DNA of 64,000 bases from assembly GCA_032128115.1 (NCBI GenBank), contig JAQBHB010000022.1:1-64000 (forward strand), in the 5' to 3' direction. The notes below the pieces were generated by a model. The model made no database searches. It saw nothing but the letters and a program-made list of their open reading frames with translations, and was not told the origin of the DNA. Shown piece by piece: positions 37,466-49,198 of the stretch; position 1 is the stretch's first letter; every line of letters starts with the position of its first letter. Position numbers and translations under genes: made by a program. This stretch comes from Deltaproteobacteria bacterium. GTDB lineage: Bacteria > Myxococcota_A > UBA9160 > SMWR01.

Positions 37466-39165
37466 ATCCCGCACTCCGCATCGCCCCCGGACCGGCGCCG
37501 CGGCGCGAAATCATCGCCGTGGCGGCGCTCACGATCGTACCGCTGCTTCCGTTCCTGTCTGCGGCGTTTTCCATGGACGCGCCCGTCTTCATGGCCGTCA
37601 CACGTCAGATCCTGGCTCACCCGCTGGATCCCTTCGGCTTCGACATGATCTGGGATCCCACCGCGCCCCAGGCGGCCATCTTCAACCGCAATCCACCACT
37701 GCTTTCCTACTACCTGGCCCCGTTCGTCGCCATTTTCGGGGAGCGCGAAGCGGTGGTGCACGCGGCGCTCCTGGTGTTTCCCCCCATGGCCTCGCTCTCG
37801 TTCTACGGAATCGCGCGGCGCGTGGTCGGCCAGGGACTCGCGCCCACGGCATTGCTGGTGGCGACTCCCGCGTTCCTGGTGTTGTCGGCGGCGGTGATGC
37901 TCGACGTGCCGGTGGTCGCCTGCATGCTCGTCGCAGTGTACGCCTTCCTGCGCGCCCTCGAGGACGAGCCCACCCGCATGCGTTGGGAGCTGGTGGCGGG
38001 CGTCGCCGCGGCTGCGGCTGGCGTCATGAAGTACGTGGGCTTCTCGATCGCTCCCCTGATGGCCGCCGCGATCGTGCTCCTGCACCCACGCAAGCTCTCC
38101 GCCAGCGCGCGAGTGCTTGGCATCCCGTTGCTGGTCTGGGGGTTGTGGGGACTCTGGACGTTCCATCTCTACGACGCCGTGCACTTCTTCATTTCCACCG
38201 ACCTGGTGCAGGACAAGAGCTTCGAGCCCGACCACTTCTGGAACCAGGTGGCGTCGACCCCGATCTACTTCGGTGCCGCCTTGCTGTTTCCGATCCTGGC
38301 GGCGATCCGAAGCCCGCTGCTTGGCGGCCGCGACTGGCTGTTCGCCCTGGGCGGTCTGCTGTTGGGGATCGTGGCGGTCTTGTGGGTGCTGCCCGACGGA
38401 GAGCCCTCGCGCCGGAATCCACTGGAGGGCGATGAGAGGGTGCTGGCGGCCCTGGGCTGCGCCGGTGCCGTCTACCTGTGGGGGGTGGCGCTGGCCCGCA
38501 TCCGCAAGGGGCCGCTGGATGTCTTCCTGATCCTCTGGTTCGGTGGCGTCACGTTCTGGACCCTGTTCCTCAACTGGCACGTGAACTCGGCCGACGCGCT
38601 GCTGGCAGCGCCGCCGGCATTGCTGCTGCTGTTCCGCAGTGAGTCGTTGTGCCCGCCCGCCCGGGTCGCGGCAGTGTGGGTTGCACTGGCGCTGCCGCTG
38701 TCGGTGCTGCTCACCTGGGCCGACAGCGCCCAGGCCGGCGTCTACCGCTGGGCTGCGGAGAGGATCGCCAAAGAGATCGGCGACCGTCCCGGCAACGGCT
38801 GGTTCGTCGGTCACTGGGGCTACCAGTACTACATGGAGCGGCTGGGCTTCCGGGCGGTGGTGCCTCCCCAGTACGAGCGCTGGTACGGGGCGTCGGATCT
38901 ACACAAGGGCGACTGGATCTCGTCGGCCCGCAACGTGTCCCAGCTGGATGTGTCGCGGCACCTGGGCAACTACATGATCCGCGGCACGTGGTCGTGGCCC
39001 CAGGACTTCTGGATCCCGCTGCGCACCGCCAACCCGGATGCGGGCGCGAGCTTCTACAGCCATCACGGGGGCTACGTTCCGTTCGCGTGGAAGGATGTGC
39101 CGCTCGATACCATCGGCCTGGGACAAGTCATCCAGGTGAAATCTAGGGGACCACTGCTTCAATGA
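37462..39165 (+). CDS. GT39/ArnT-like GT-C membrane glycosyltransferase
   Basis: SMDAPVF, NPPLLSYYLA, MLDVP, GVMKY; many TM helices; GHWGYQYY; GTGA overlap with the upstream gene. Confidence 0.8.
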   Translation: MNPALRIAPGPAPRREIIAVAALTIVPLLPFLSAAFSMDAPVFMAVTRQILAHPLDPFGFDMIWDPTAPQAAIFNRNPPLLSYYLAPFVAIFGEREAVVHAALLVFPPMASLSFYGIARRVVGQGLAPTALLVATPAFLVLSAAVMLDVPVVACMLVAVYAFLRALEDEPTRMRWELVAGVAAAAAGVMKYVGFSIAPLMAAAIVLLHPRKLSASARVLGIPLLVWGLWGLWTFHLYDAVHFFISTDLVQDKSFEPDHFWNQVASTPIYFGAALLFPILAAIRSPLLGGRDWLFALGGLLLGIVAVLWVLPDGEPSRRNPLEGDERVLAALGCAGAVYLWGVALARIRKGPLDVFLILWFGGVTFWTLFLNWHVNSADALLAAPPALLLLFRSESLCPPARVAAVWVALALPLSVLLTWADSAQAGVYRWAAERIAKEIGDRPGNGWFVGHWGYQYYMERLGFRAVVPPQYERWYGASDLHKGDWISSARNVSQLDVSRHLGNYMIRGTWSWPQDFWIPLRTANPDAGASFYSHHGGYVPFAWKDVPLDTIGLGQVIQVKSRGPLLQ

Positions 39166-40687
39166 GGCGCGGGCCCGGCTCGCGAAACGCACCCTCGAGC
39201 TGGGTCCAGAACTCCTCGCTGGTGGTCGCGCGCGAAGCCGGAACCCCCATGCCCGTTGCCAGTGCCACCCAGTCGAGCACGGGTCGCGATAGATCCGTGA
39301 GCGCGCGCGCCGCAGGGCCGGGCTCGGCAACGCCAGCGCGCCCCAGCTCCAGCTGCAGGATGCGATAGCTCCGGTTGGCACAGACGATCGTGACCACGTC
39401 GAGTCCCTCCCGCGCCTGGGTCCACAGCGACTGCAGCGTATACATGCCACTGCCGTCCGCCTGGAGCGCCACCACCTTGCGGTCGGGACACGCCACGGCG
39501 GCGCCGGTAGCGCCCGGCAGGCCCTGTCCGATGGCCCCGCCGGTGAGCGCCAGGTAGTCGTGGGCCGGCGCACTGGCGCCGGCCACGAAGTAGGGGAGGC
39601 CGCTGGTGGCGCCTTCGTCCATGATCACCGCGCCCTCCGGCTGGAGCAGGGCGAGGATGGCGCCCAGGCTGGTCGGGTTGAGCACACCGCTGGGACGCTT
39701 CGGAGCCGCTGCGCGGGTGGGTTTGGGGGCCCTTGCCGTTGCTCCCAGTGCGTCGGCCAGGTCGCTGAGCGCAGCCACGGCATCCTCGGCGGGGTCGGCC
39801 AGGGTCAGCAACGAGTTCTCGGCCTCGAGTCGGCTGGGAACGCCCGGGTAGCCGAAGAACGAAACCGGCGGGGTGGCGCCGGCGAGCACCAGCGCGTCGA
39901 CATGAGAAAGTGTCTCGATGGCCTGCTCGGGGAAGTACGGAAGCCGCTCCACCGGGGGCAGACCCGCACCGCGGGTCACGCGCGCCGGAAACGTGGGGCA
40001 GAACAGCCGCGCGCCGCAGACCGACGCCACCCGCGCCGCCGCCCGCAGGCCCGGCTCGCGCAGGGCGTGCGCGCCCAGCATCAGGGCCGGCGCGTGGCTG
40101 GCGCGGAGGCGCGCGGCAACGGCCTCGACCCGCGCCGTGTCCACCGTGGGTGTGGGGGGCACGGGACGAGCACGCCCCGGCGCGTCCACGGCCTCCCACT
40201 GGCAATCGGCGGGGGCGATCAGGGTGGCCACCCGGCCCGGGTGGGTGTTGGCCGCTGCCAGGGCCTCGGCGAAGTCGCCGGCCAGATCACCCGCTGCACG
40301 CGAGGTGCGGACCCACGCGGAAACGGGGCGCGCCAGCGACTCCACGTCCGAAGTGAGCGGCGCATCGTGAGCACGGTGCCAGGTGGCGTGATCCCCCACC
40401 AGATTCAGCACCGGGGAGCCGGCGCGCCGCGCGTTGTGGAGATTGGCGATGCCATTGGCGAAGCCGGGGCCCAGGTGGAGCAGGGTGAGGGCGGGCCGAT
40501 CGGCCATGCGCCCGTAGCCGTCTGCGGCTCCGGTGCAAACGCCTTCGAACAGGCCCAGCACCGCCCGGATGCCCGACACGCGATCGAGCGCAGCCACCAG
40601 GGGCATCTCGGTGGTCCCGGGATTGGCGAAGCAGACCTGGATGCCGGCCTGGGCGGCCAGCCGGAGAGTCGTCTCGGCTCCATTCAT
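39143..40687 (-). CDS. Thiamine-pyrophosphate enzyme, acetolactate synthase large-subunit-like
   Basis: CFANPGTTEM, LFEGVCTGAADGY, LLHLGPG, TGGAIGQG, ADGSGMYT...N. Confidence 0.9.
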   Translation of the reverse strand: MNGAETTLRLAAQAGIQVCFANPGTTEMPLVAALDRVSGIRAVLGLFEGVCTGAADGYGRMADRPALTLLHLGPGFANGIANLHNARRAGSPVLNLVGDHATWHRAHDAPLTSDVESLARPVSAWVRTSRAAGDLAGDFAEALAAANTHPGRVATLIAPADCQWEAVDAPGRARPVPPTPTVDTARVEAVAARLRASHAPALMLGAHALREPGLRAAARVASVCGARLFCPTFPARVTRGAGLPPVERLPYFPEQAIETLSHVDALVLAGATPPVSFFGYPGVPSRLEAENSLLTLADPAEDAVAALSDLADALGATARAPKPTRAAAPKRPSGVLNPTSLGAILALLQPEGAVIMDEGATSGLPYFVAGASAPAHDYLALTGGAIGQGLPGATGAAVACPDRKVVALQADGSGMYTLQSLWTQAREGLDVVTIVCANRSYRILQLELGRAGVAEPGPAARALTDLSRPVLDWVALATGMGVPASRATTSEEFWTQLEGAFREPGPRLIEAVVP

Positions 40688-40910
40688 GCCGGCACAGCCT
40701 ACCGCCTCGAGCCGTCCGCCTCGATGCCGCGGCGGGAGGCCCGGGGGTTCCTTCCCAGCCCGGTTTTCCGGCCCCGGAATCAGCGATGTGGCAGCCGGGG
40801 CTGGAGGAACCCGCTTCGGACGCTAGTTTCCCCGCGCCCGTGGGCCGGCCCCGCCGCCGCGCCACCCGGGACCCCCCCCGTTACCGGGGCAACGCGACCG
40901 GAGACCCTGC

Positions 40911-42938
40911 ATGCCCACGACCGATATCGCCGCCTTGCTCGCCTCGTTGCTGGCCATCGCGGCCGGCATCTGGCTCTACCGTTCCGTGTTGGCCGCGCCG
41001 GCCACGAACGCCCGGGCCTTGGAGATCGCCGCGGCGATCAGCGCCGGAGCCCAGGCCTTCCTGAGCCGTCAGTACCGCACCGTGCTGTACGTGGGAATCC
41101 CCGTCCTGTTCCTGATCGGCGCCCTGATCTCCTGGTGGGCGGCGGGCGGATTCGTCCTGGGCGCCGTGGCCAGTGCTGCCGCAGGCTTCGTGGGCATGCA
41201 TGTGTCGGTGCGGGCCAACGTGCGGGTCGCCGAGGCCGCGAATCGCGGATTCAGTCCGGCCTTCGGCCTGGCCTACAAGGGCGGGGCGGTAACGGGTCTC
41301 ATGGTCGTGGGCCTGGCCCTGTTCGCTCTGGCCGCGCTGGTACTGGTCATGAATCGCGTCGGCTATCACGGCACCGACGGCCTGGTCGGGCTCGCCTTCG
41401 GTGGATCCTTGATCTCGGTCTTCGCGCGCCTGGGCGGTGGCATCTTCACCAAGGGGGCCGATGTGGGCGCCGACCTGGTGGGCAAGCTCGAGGCGAACAT
41501 TCCCGAGGACGATCCGCGCAATCCGGCGGTGATTGCCGACAACGTGGGCGACAACGTGGGCGACTGCGCGGGCATGGCCGCCGACCTGTTCGAGACGTAT
41601 TGCGTCACGGCCGCCGCCGTGATGCTGCTGGCCTCGATCCTGTTCGAGGGCAACATGGCCATGTTCCTGTACCCGCTCGCCATCGGTGCCGTCAGCATCG
41701 TGGGCACGTTGGTGGCGATCCCCTTCGTGCGGGTGGGCGAGCCGCCCGAGGGCCAGAATCCGCCGGTCATGCGGGCCATGTACCTGGGCCTCGCGGTGGC
41801 CGCGGTCGTGTCCATGGGCCTGCTGCTGCTGGTGCACCGGGGCCTTCCGCTTCCCGCGGGCGCCGAATTCACCCACATGGACCTGTGGCTCTGCGCCGGC
41901 GCCGGCCTGTTGGTGACCTTCGCCATGATGTGGATCACCGACCTCTACACCGGCGATGGCTCCCCGTTCGTGGCCCAGATCGCCAAGGCCAGCGAAGGCG
42001 GGCACGCCACCAACGTGATCAGCGGTCTCGCCGTGGGCATGCAGGCCACGGCCATTCCGGTGATCGTGATCGTGGCCGCCATGATCGGCAGCTTCCACCT
42101 GGGCGGACTGTTCGGCGTGGGCGTTGCCGCCATGAGCATGCTCTCCATGGCGGGGATCGTGGTTTCCATCGACGCCTACGGTCCCATCACCGACAACGCC
42201 GGCGGCATCGCCGAGATGGCCGAGATGGGCGAGAACGTCCGCAAGGTGACCGATCCGCTGGATGCCTTCGGCAACACCACCAAAGCGGTCACCAAGGGCT
42301 ACGCCATCGCGTCGGCGGGTCTGGCGGCCGTGGTGCTGTTCGCCACCTACATCGAGGATCTCAAGGTGGGAGGCATCGTCGCGAGCTTCGACCTGTCCAA
42401 TACGACGGTGCTGGCGGGCCTGTTCATTGGCGCCATGATCCCGTTCATCTTCGCGACGCTGGCCATGAACGCCGTGGGTGTAGCGGGCGGCACGGTAGTC
42501 GAAGAGGTGCGGCGCCAGTTCCGCGAGATCCCCGGAATCATGGAGGGGACCGCCAAGCCGGATTACAGCACCTGCGTCGACATCGTGACGCAGACCGCCC
42601 TGCGCCAGATGGTGTTGCCGGCCCTGATCCCCGTGGTGATGCCGGTGGTGGTGGGACTCACGCTCGGGGCCGGGGCCCTGGGCGGCATGCTGATCGGCTC
42701 GATCGTGTCTGGCCTGTGCGTGGCCATCTCGATGACCACGGGCGGCGCCGCCTGGGACAACGCCAAGAAGTTCATCGAGGCAGGCGCCCTGGGCGGCAAG
42801 GGTTCCGATGCCCACAAGGCGGCGATCACGGGCGACACGGTGGGAGATCCCTACAATGACACCGCGGGTCCGGCCATCAACCCCATGCTCAAGGTCATGA
42901 ACATCGTCGCGATCCTGATCATTCCCTTCCTGGCGTAG
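40911..42938 (+). CDS. hppA: Membrane-bound proton-translocating pyrophosphatase, predicted K+-independent
   Basis: [51 protein letters not shown] (Lys marks the K+-independent type), GAAWDNAKK. Confidence 0.95.
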   Translation: MPTTDIAALLASLLAIAAGIWLYRSVLAAPATNARALEIAAAISAGAQAFLSRQYRTVLYVGIPVLFLIGALISWWAAGGFVLGAVASAAAGFVGMHVSVRANVRVAEAANRGFSPAFGLAYKGGAVTGLMVVGLALFALAALVLVMNRVGYHGTDGLVGLAFGGSLISVFARLGGGIFTKGADVGADLVGKLEANIPEDDPRNPAVIADNVGDNVGDCAGMAADLFETYCVTAAAVMLLASILFEGNMAMFLYPLAIGAVSIVGTLVAIPFVRVGEPPEGQNPPVMRAMYLGLAVAAVVSMGLLLLVHRGLPLPAGAEFTHMDLWLCAGAGLLVTFAMMWITDLYTGDGSPFVAQIAKASEGGHATNVISGLAVGMQATAIPVIVIVAAMIGSFHLGGLFGVGVAAMSMLSMAGIVVSIDAYGPITDNAGGIAEMAEMGENVRKVTDPLDAFGNTTKAVTKGYAIASAGLAAVVLFATYIEDLKVGGIVASFDLSNTTVLAGLFIGAMIPFIFATLAMNAVGVAGGTVVEEVRRQFREIPGIMEGTAKPDYSTCVDIVTQTALRQMVLPALIPVVMPVVVGLTLGAGALGGMLIGSIVSGLCVAISMTTGGAAWDNAKKFIEAGALGGKGSDAHKAAITGDTVGDPYNDTAGPAINPMLKVMNIVAILIIPFLA

Positions 42939-42957
42939 CCACCTGTAAGCTGCCGCT

Positions 42958-44322
42958 GTGTCGGACGGCGAGCCGCGCGCTCATCCTCGTGACCGGCTGA
43001 AGCGGGAGCTTCGCCTTCGCGATGCCACGTTGCTGGTGGTGTCCGGGGTGATCGGGTCGGGGATCTTCCTTACGCCCGGCCGTATCGCCGACCTGCTTCC
43101 CCACCCGGGCATCATTCTGCTGGCCTGGATGGTGGGTGGGCTCTTCTCGCTGGCCGGGGCTCTGGCCAACGCCGAGCTCGGCGCCATGTTTCCGCGCGCG
43201 GGAGGCGACTACGTCTACCTGCGCGAAGCCTTTCATCCCGCCGCCGGCTTCCTGGTGGGGTGGCTGAGCTTCTTCGTCATCTACGCGGGCACCATTGCCA
43301 CGCTGGCGGCCGGCTTTGCGGCGGGCCTCGCCTCGTTCGTCGGCATGGGTCCGGCCGCCGAGCGCAGCGTCGCCATCGGGGTGACCCTCGCCGTCTCCGC
43401 CCTCAACTACATCGGGGTGCGTTGGGGAGCGCGCGCCAACAACCTGACCGCGGTGCTCAAGGTGGCGGCACTGGTGGCCTTCTGCGTCGCGGGCCCGCTG
43501 TTCGGCTCGGGCGATGTCTCGAATCTTCGCCCGGTGGTGTCGGGGGGACAGACCCTGACGCTTGCGGCCTTCGGTCTGGCGCTATCCCCCGTGCTCTTCA
43601 GTTACCTGGGTTGGAACTCGTCGGTCTACGTGGCCAGCGAGATCCGCGACCCGGGACGCAACGTGCCGCGCTCGTTGTTCCTGGGCCTGGCGATCTGCAC
43701 CGGGATCTACCTGCTGGTCAACGTGGTCTACCTGTATGCCATCCCGGTGGAGGTCCTGCGGCACGAAGCCAACGCCGGCGAGGCCGCGGCGGGGGCGTTG
43801 TTCGGCGGCCTGGGGGGCAGGCTGGTGGGCGTCTTCGTGCTGGTCTCGATCCTGGGCACCTTGAACGCCACGATCCTGGTGGGGCCGCGCATCGCCTACG
43901 CCATGGCCTTGGACCGGCTGTTCTTCCCCCGTGTGGACCGCGCCCACGAGACGTATCGGACGCCCTCGACGGCGATCGTGCTGCAGGCGGCGACGGCCGT
44001 GGCCATCCTGTTCGTACTGGGTGGATTCGAGCGGGCGCTGGACTACACCACCTTCGCCATCCTGCTGGCCACCATCGCCGACGTGGCCGCGCTCTACGCC
44101 CTGCGCCGCTCGCAACCCGGGCGGATTCGGCCCTACCGGGCGTGGGGCTACCCCTGGGTGCCCGCAGCCTATGTGCTCGCCAACTCCGCGGTGGCCGGGG
44201 CCCTGCTCTGGGGGCGCCCGGTGGAGTGCGTCTACGGCCTGGCCATCGCCGCGACCGGGATTCCCTTCTACGTGTTCTTCGCACGCCGAGCGCGCGCCTT
44301 GGCGCCTTCCGAAAAAGTCTAA
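42958..44322 (+). CDS. APC-family amino acid permease
   Basis: [43 protein letters not shown]. Confidence 0.92.
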   Translation: MSDGEPRAHPRDRLKRELRLRDATLLVVSGVIGSGIFLTPGRIADLLPHPGIILLAWMVGGLFSLAGALANAELGAMFPRAGGDYVYLREAFHPAAGFLVGWLSFFVIYAGTIATLAAGFAAGLASFVGMGPAAERSVAIGVTLAVSALNYIGVRWGARANNLTAVLKVAALVAFCVAGPLFGSGDVSNLRPVVSGGQTLTLAAFGLALSPVLFSYLGWNSSVYVASEIRDPGRNVPRSLFLGLAICTGIYLLVNVVYLYAIPVEVLRHEANAGEAAAGALFGGLGGRLVGVFVLVSILGTLNATILVGPRIAYAMALDRLFFPRVDRAHETYRTPSTAIVLQAATAVAILFVLGGFERALDYTTFAILLATIADVAALYALRRSQPGRIRPYRAWGYPWVPAAYVLANSAVAGALLWGRPVECVYGLAIAATGIPFYVFFARRARALAPSEKV

Positions 44323-44348
44323 TAATCTAAGACAATTCGAGAGGTTGC

Positions 44349-45293
44349 ATGGCCAGCTCGCCCCTCCACAGGCGCGTCGAGATCGGTTCCGGTTCCCGGG
44401 GATTCACACACCTGCGGCTCCCGGCCCATTGCCGGCGCGAGCCCGAACCCTGGGGTCCCGTTCCCGAAATCCAGCGCCTGCTGCGGCGCGCGGGGCTTCA
44501 CAGCGTGTGCGAAGAGGCGCGCTGCCCGAACCGGTCCGAGTGCTGGGCGCGGGGCCACGTCACGTTCATGCTGCTGGGAAGCACCTGCACCCGCGCCTGC
44601 CGCTTCTGCGCCGTCAGCACGGGCCGGCCGCCGGCGGGACCCGACCCGGACGAGCCTGCGCAGGTGGCCGGGGCCGCCGCCGCCCTCGGGCTGGCCCACG
44701 TGGTGCTCACCTCGGTGAACCGCGACGACCTGCCCGACGGGGGAGCCGGCCACTTCGCCGCCGTGGTGGAGGCGATCCGCGCTCGCGGAACGGAAACGAG
44801 CATCGAGGTGCTGACTCCCGACTTCCAGGGAGATCTGCGCGCGGTCGGCGCGGTGTGTGCAGCGCGGCCGGACGTCTACAATCACAACGTGGAGACGATT
44901 CCCCGTCTCTACCGGCGCGTGCGCCCCGGCTCGCGCTTCGAGCGCTCGCTCGCGGTGTTGGCCGAAGCGAGGCGACTGCGGCCGGACGCGGTGGTGAAGT
45001 CGGGCCTGATGGTGGGACTCGGAGAAGAGTTCGAGGAGGTGGTGGCGGTGTTGAAGAATCTGCGGGAGGCGGGCGTGGACTCCCTCACCGTCGGCCAGTA
45101 TCTGCGCCCCACACGCCATCATTTGCCGGTGGAACGTTACTGGGAGCCGGCGGAGTTCGACGAGCTGGCCGCCCGGGCGCGGACCCTGGGGTTTCCTCGC
45201 GTGGCTTGTGGACCCCTCATCCGCTCGTCGTACCAGGCCGAAGAGAGCTACGCGGCCCTGGTCCGGGCCCGGCTCCCCGGCGAGGCGCCCTGA
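44349..45293 (+). CDS. lipA: Lipoyl synthase
   Basis: [44 protein letters not shown]. Confidence 0.96.
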   Translation: MASSPLHRRVEIGSGSRGFTHLRLPAHCRREPEPWGPVPEIQRLLRRAGLHSVCEEARCPNRSECWARGHVTFMLLGSTCTRACRFCAVSTGRPPAGPDPDEPAQVAGAAAALGLAHVVLTSVNRDDLPDGGAGHFAAVVEAIRARGTETSIEVLTPDFQGDLRAVGAVCAARPDVYNHNVETIPRLYRRVRPGSRFERSLAVLAEARRLRPDAVVKSGLMVGLGEEFEEVVAVLKNLREAGVDSLTVGQYLRPTRHHLPVERYWEPAEFDELAARARTLGFPRVACGPLIRSSYQAEESYAALVRARLPGEAP

Positions 45294-46501
45294 TGGCGGG
45301 CGAGATGCGTCACGACTTCCACAAGCTGAACCGCTTGCCCCCGTACGTGCTGGCCGAGGTGATCGACCTCATGAAGGCGGCGCGGCGGCAGGGCCGCGAC
45401 GTGATCGACCTGGGCATGGGCAACCCCGACCTGCCCACGCCGCCCCACGTGGTGGACAAGATCTGCGAGGCGGCCCGCGACCCGCGCAACCACCGCTACT
45501 CGGCATCTCGCGGAATCCCGAACCTGCGTTCCGCCATCTGCGAGTGGTACGCGCGCAACCACCAGGTGGAGCTGGATCCGGAGCGCGAGGCCATCGCCGT
45601 GATCGGTGCCAAGGAGGGGCTGTGCCACTTCGTGCTGATGACCATTGGCCCGGGCGACGTGGTGCTGTGCCCGAACCCCGCCTACGCGATCCACGCCTAC
45701 TCGGTGATCATCGCCGGAGGCGACCTGCGCCACGTGCCGCTCACCCCGGACACGGACCTGATCGCCAATCTGGAGACGGCCATTGCCCGCACCTGGCCCA
45801 GACCCAAGATGCTGATCTTGTCGTTTCCCCACAATCCCACCACCATGGTGGTGGACCGTGCATTCTTCGAGCGGGTGGTGGATTTCGCGCGCAAGCACGA
45901 CCTGATGGTGCTCCACGACTTTGCGTATGCGGAGGTCTGCTTCGACGGCTACAAGCCGCCGAGCATCCTGGAGGTGCCGGGCGCCAAGGATCTGGCCATC
46001 GAGTTCACATCCCTCTCCAAGAGCCACTCCATGGCCGGCTGGCGCGTGGGCTTCGCGTGCGGCAATCCCGACATGATCCACGCGCTGGCCCGGATCAAGA
46101 GCTATCTCGACTACGGCATGCCCCAGGCGATCCAGATCGGTGGCATCGTGGCCCTGCGCGGTCCCCAGGACGTGGTGCGCGAGAATGCCGAGGAGTACCG
46201 GATGCGCCGCGATGCCCTGATCGACGGATTCGGCAAGCCCGGCGAGGGATCGTGGAAGATCGAGAAGCCACTGGGCACGATGTTCGTCTGGGCCCGTATC
46301 CCGGAGCCCTTCCAGGCCATGGGATCGCTCGAGTTCGCCAAGCGGCTTCTCGAGGAGGCCAACGTTGCCGTGTCGCCGGGAATCGGGTTCGGGGAGTTCG
46401 GCGAAGGCCATGTGCGCTTTTCGCTCATCGAAAACCGGCAGCGCATCCGCCAGGCAGTGCGCTCCATCCGCCGATTCCTGCGCCAGGGGCCGCGACCGTG
46501 A
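45293..46501 (+). CDS. alaC: Class I/II PLP aminotransferase (AlaC-like)
   Basis: [55 protein letters not shown]; usual neighbour of hom. Confidence 0.85.
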   Translation: MAGEMRHDFHKLNRLPPYVLAEVIDLMKAARRQGRDVIDLGMGNPDLPTPPHVVDKICEAARDPRNHRYSASRGIPNLRSAICEWYARNHQVELDPEREAIAVIGAKEGLCHFVLMTIGPGDVVLCPNPAYAIHAYSVIIAGGDLRHVPLTPDTDLIANLETAIARTWPRPKMLILSFPHNPTTMVVDRAFFERVVDFARKHDLMVLHDFAYAEVCFDGYKPPSILEVPGAKDLAIEFTSLSKSHSMAGWRVGFACGNPDMIHALARIKSYLDYGMPQAIQIGGIVALRGPQDVVRENAEEYRMRRDALIDGFGKPGEGSWKIEKPLGTMFVWARIPEPFQAMGSLEFAKRLLEEANVAVSPGIGFGEFGEGHVRFSLIENRQRIRQAVRSIRRFLRQGPRP

Positions 46502-47844
46502 GCAATCTCCGGCGCAGCGATGCGGTGGGCGTGGGCCTGATCGGGCTGGGCACCATCGGCACCGGCGTGGTCAAGGTGCTCCAGAACAACGCCGCCGTGA
46601 TCGAGCGGAGGCTTGGGTTCCCCCTGCGCCTGGTGCGGGTGGCCGACCTGGACACGGAGACCGACCGCGGCATCGATCTGGGAGACGTGCCCTTCGACAG
46701 GGATAGCGACGGGCTGCTCCGCGATCCCCGGGTGGACGTCGCCATCGAGTTGATCGGCGGCTACGACGCGGCCCGGCGCCTGACGCTCAGGGCCATCGAA
46801 GCGGGCAAGCACGTGGTCACCGCCAACAAGGCGCTGCTGGCCCTTCACGGCAAGGAGATCTTCGACGCCGCGAAGCGGCAGGGCGTGGATGTGGCCTTCG
46901 AGGCCAGCGTGGGCGGGGGCATCCCGATCCTGCGCTCCCTGCGCGAAGGGCTGGCCGCCAATCGCATTCTCAGCGTTCACGGAATCATGAACGGCACCAC
47001 CAACTACGTGCTCACCGAGATGGAGAAGACCGGCGAGCGGTTCGACGTGGTTCTCAGGCGCGCCCAGGAGCTGGGCTATGCCGAGGCCGACCCGAGCTTC
47101 GATCTGGATGGAGTCGACGCGGCCCACAAGCTGACCCTGTTGGCCACCATGGCCTTCGGCGCCGAACTCACCTTCAAGCAGATTCCCACCGAGGGAATCC
47201 GGGACCTGATGCCGGTGGACTTCGATGCGGCCCGCGAGCTGGGATTCCGCATCAAGCTGCTGGGCATCGCCAAGTCCCATCCGGATCCGGACGGTGGGCC
47301 GGAGCGCATCGAGGTGCGGGTGCATCCGACCCTGATCCCGGCGTCGAGCCTGCTGGCCAACGTGGATGGCGCCATGAACGCCGTGGCCGTCACCGGCGAC
47401 GCGGTGGGCCCCACACTCTTCTACGGGGCTGGCGCCGGCGCAATGCCCACCGCCAGCGCCGTCGTCGCCGACCTCATGGAGATCGCCCGCGAGATCCGGC
47501 GGGGCAGCGTCGGCCGGGTGGCGCCGCTCTCCTACATGCCGGAGCGGATCGAACCCAAACCCCTGGTGCCCCTGGGCGATCTCTACGGCCGCGTCTACCT
47601 CCGGTTCACCGCAGTGGATCGGCCGGGCGTGCTGGCCCACATCGCCTCGGTGCTCGGCGAGAACGAGATCGGGATCGAATCGGTGATCCAGAAGGGGCGG
47701 GCCGAACCGGCTGCATCCGTGCCGGTGCTTGTGCAGACCCATCCGGCCCGGGAAGCGGCGTTGCGCAGCGCCCTGGAGCACATCGACCGCCTTCCCGATG
47801 TCACCGCCCCGACGCGCATGATCCGGATCGAGGAGGATCTCTGA
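46498..47844 (+). CDS. hom: Homoserine dehydrogenase with C-terminal ACT domain
   Basis: [51 protein letters not shown]. Confidence 0.96.
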   Translation: MSNLRRSDAVGVGLIGLGTIGTGVVKVLQNNAAVIERRLGFPLRLVRVADLDTETDRGIDLGDVPFDRDSDGLLRDPRVDVAIELIGGYDAARRLTLRAIEAGKHVVTANKALLALHGKEIFDAAKRQGVDVAFEASVGGGIPILRSLREGLAANRILSVHGIMNGTTNYVLTEMEKTGERFDVVLRRAQELGYAEADPSFDLDGVDAAHKLTLLATMAFGAELTFKQIPTEGIRDLMPVDFDAARELGFRIKLLGIAKSHPDPDGGPERIEVRVHPTLIPASSLLANVDGAMNAVAVTGDAVGPTLFYGAGAGAMPTASAVVADLMEIAREIRRGSVGRVAPLSYMPERIEPKPLVPLGDLYGRVYLRFTAVDRPGVLAHIASVLGENEIGIESVIQKGRAEPAASVPVLVQTHPAREAALRSALEHIDRLPDVTAPTRMIRIEEDL

Positions 47845-47847
47845 GCC

Positions 47848-49197
47848 GTGAAGTCCAAGCCCGCCTACCGCGCCTGGTTCCAGAGCATCGAAGACGAGAG
47901 CGAGCGCTACGCACTCGACGAGGTGGTGTATCGCTCGCGCACGGGCGCGCTGCTCGAGGTCGTCCACGACATGGACGAACTCCGCAAGCTGTCCGCCGAC
48001 GAGTGGAAGCGGCTCTTCCAGCAGCGCGAGCACGCGAGCGAGTGGCCCTATGGCTCCGGCGTGTGGGGCAAGAAGGAATGGGTGCATCCGGAGCTCGACA
48101 ACGAAAATGTCGTGTCCATGTACGAGGGCAACAGCAATCTGTTCTGGGCCGAGCGCTACGGCCGATCGCTCGGGGTCCAGGATCTCTGGATCAAGCAGTG
48201 CGGCAATTCCCACACCGGCTCGTTCAAGGACCTGGGCATGACGGTCCTGGTGTCGGCGGTCAAGCAGATGATCGCCCGGGGCAAGCCGGTGCGGGCGGTG
48301 GCGTGCGCCTCGACGGGTGACACCTCGGCGGCCCTGTCGGCGTACGCGGCGGCGGCGGATATCCCGGCGGTGGTATTCCTGCCGCGGGGCAAGGTGTCCG
48401 TTGCCCAGTTGATCCAGCCCGTGGCCAACGGCGCCATCGTGTTCGCCCTGGACACGGATTTCGACGGCTGCATGGAGATCGTGCAGCAGGTGGCGGAGCG
48501 CGACGGCCTGTACCTGGCCAACTCCATGAACAGCCTGCGCATCGAGGGTCAGAAGACCGTGGGCATCGAGATCGCCGAACAGTTCGACTGGGAGATGCCG
48601 GACTGGATGGTGATCCCGGGCGGGAACCTGGGCAACGTGTCGGCGCTGGCGCAGGGCCTGGACATGCTGCTCGAGCTGGGCCTCGTGAGCCGCAAGCCGC
48701 GGATCGTGTGCGCCCAGGCCGAAGCGGCCAATCCCCTGTACCTCTCGTACCTTCGGGACTTCAAGGTCTTCGAGCCCATCGCGGCCCGTCCCACCATCGC
48801 CAACGCCATCCAGATCGGAAATCCCGTATCCGCCACGAAGGCCATCGAAGCGCTCAAGCGCTACGACGGGATCGTCGAGCAGGCAAGTGAGGCCGAGCTG
48901 GTGGAGGCCTGCGCGCGCGCGGACCGCACCGGATTGTTCAACTGTCCGCACACCGGGGTGGCCCTGGCGGCCATGGAGAAGCTGGTGACCAGAGGCACGA
49001 TCGCCCGGGGTGACCGGGTGGTGGTGATCTCGACCGCCCACGGGCTCAAGTTCGTGGACTTCAAGGTGAAGTACCACGAAGTCCGCCTGGAGGGCATCGA
49101 ATCGCAGATTCCGAACCCGCCCATCGATCTCCCGGCCCACTACGACACCGTCCGCGACGAGATGTTGCGCCAGATCGACCGACGCTTCGGCTCCTGA
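47848..49197 (+). CDS. thrC: Threonine synthase (plant-like subfamily)
   Basis: [61 protein letters not shown]. Confidence 0.95.
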   Translation: MKSKPAYRAWFQSIEDESERYALDEVVYRSRTGALLEVVHDMDELRKLSADEWKRLFQQREHASEWPYGSGVWGKKEWVHPELDNENVVSMYEGNSNLFWAERYGRSLGVQDLWIKQCGNSHTGSFKDLGMTVLVSAVKQMIARGKPVRAVACASTGDTSAALSAYAAAADIPAVVFLPRGKVSVAQLIQPVANGAIVFALDTDFDGCMEIVQQVAERDGLYLANSMNSLRIEGQKTVGIEIAEQFDWEMPDWMVIPGGNLGNVSALAQGLDMLLELGLVSRKPRIVCAQAEAANPLYLSYLRDFKVFEPIAARPTIANAIQIGNPVSATKAIEALKRYDGIVEQASEAELVEACARADRTGLFNCPHTGVALAAMEKLVTRGTIARGDRVVVISTAHGLKFVDFKVKYHEVRLEGIESQIPNPPIDLPAHYDTVRDEMLRQIDRRFGS

Positions 49198-49198
49198 C

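Noticed and set aside
40700..40910. Cobalamin riboswitch (GGGAAGG-like and GGAGACC-like words)
   Set aside because: The two words lie on opposite strands and the other core elements are missing.
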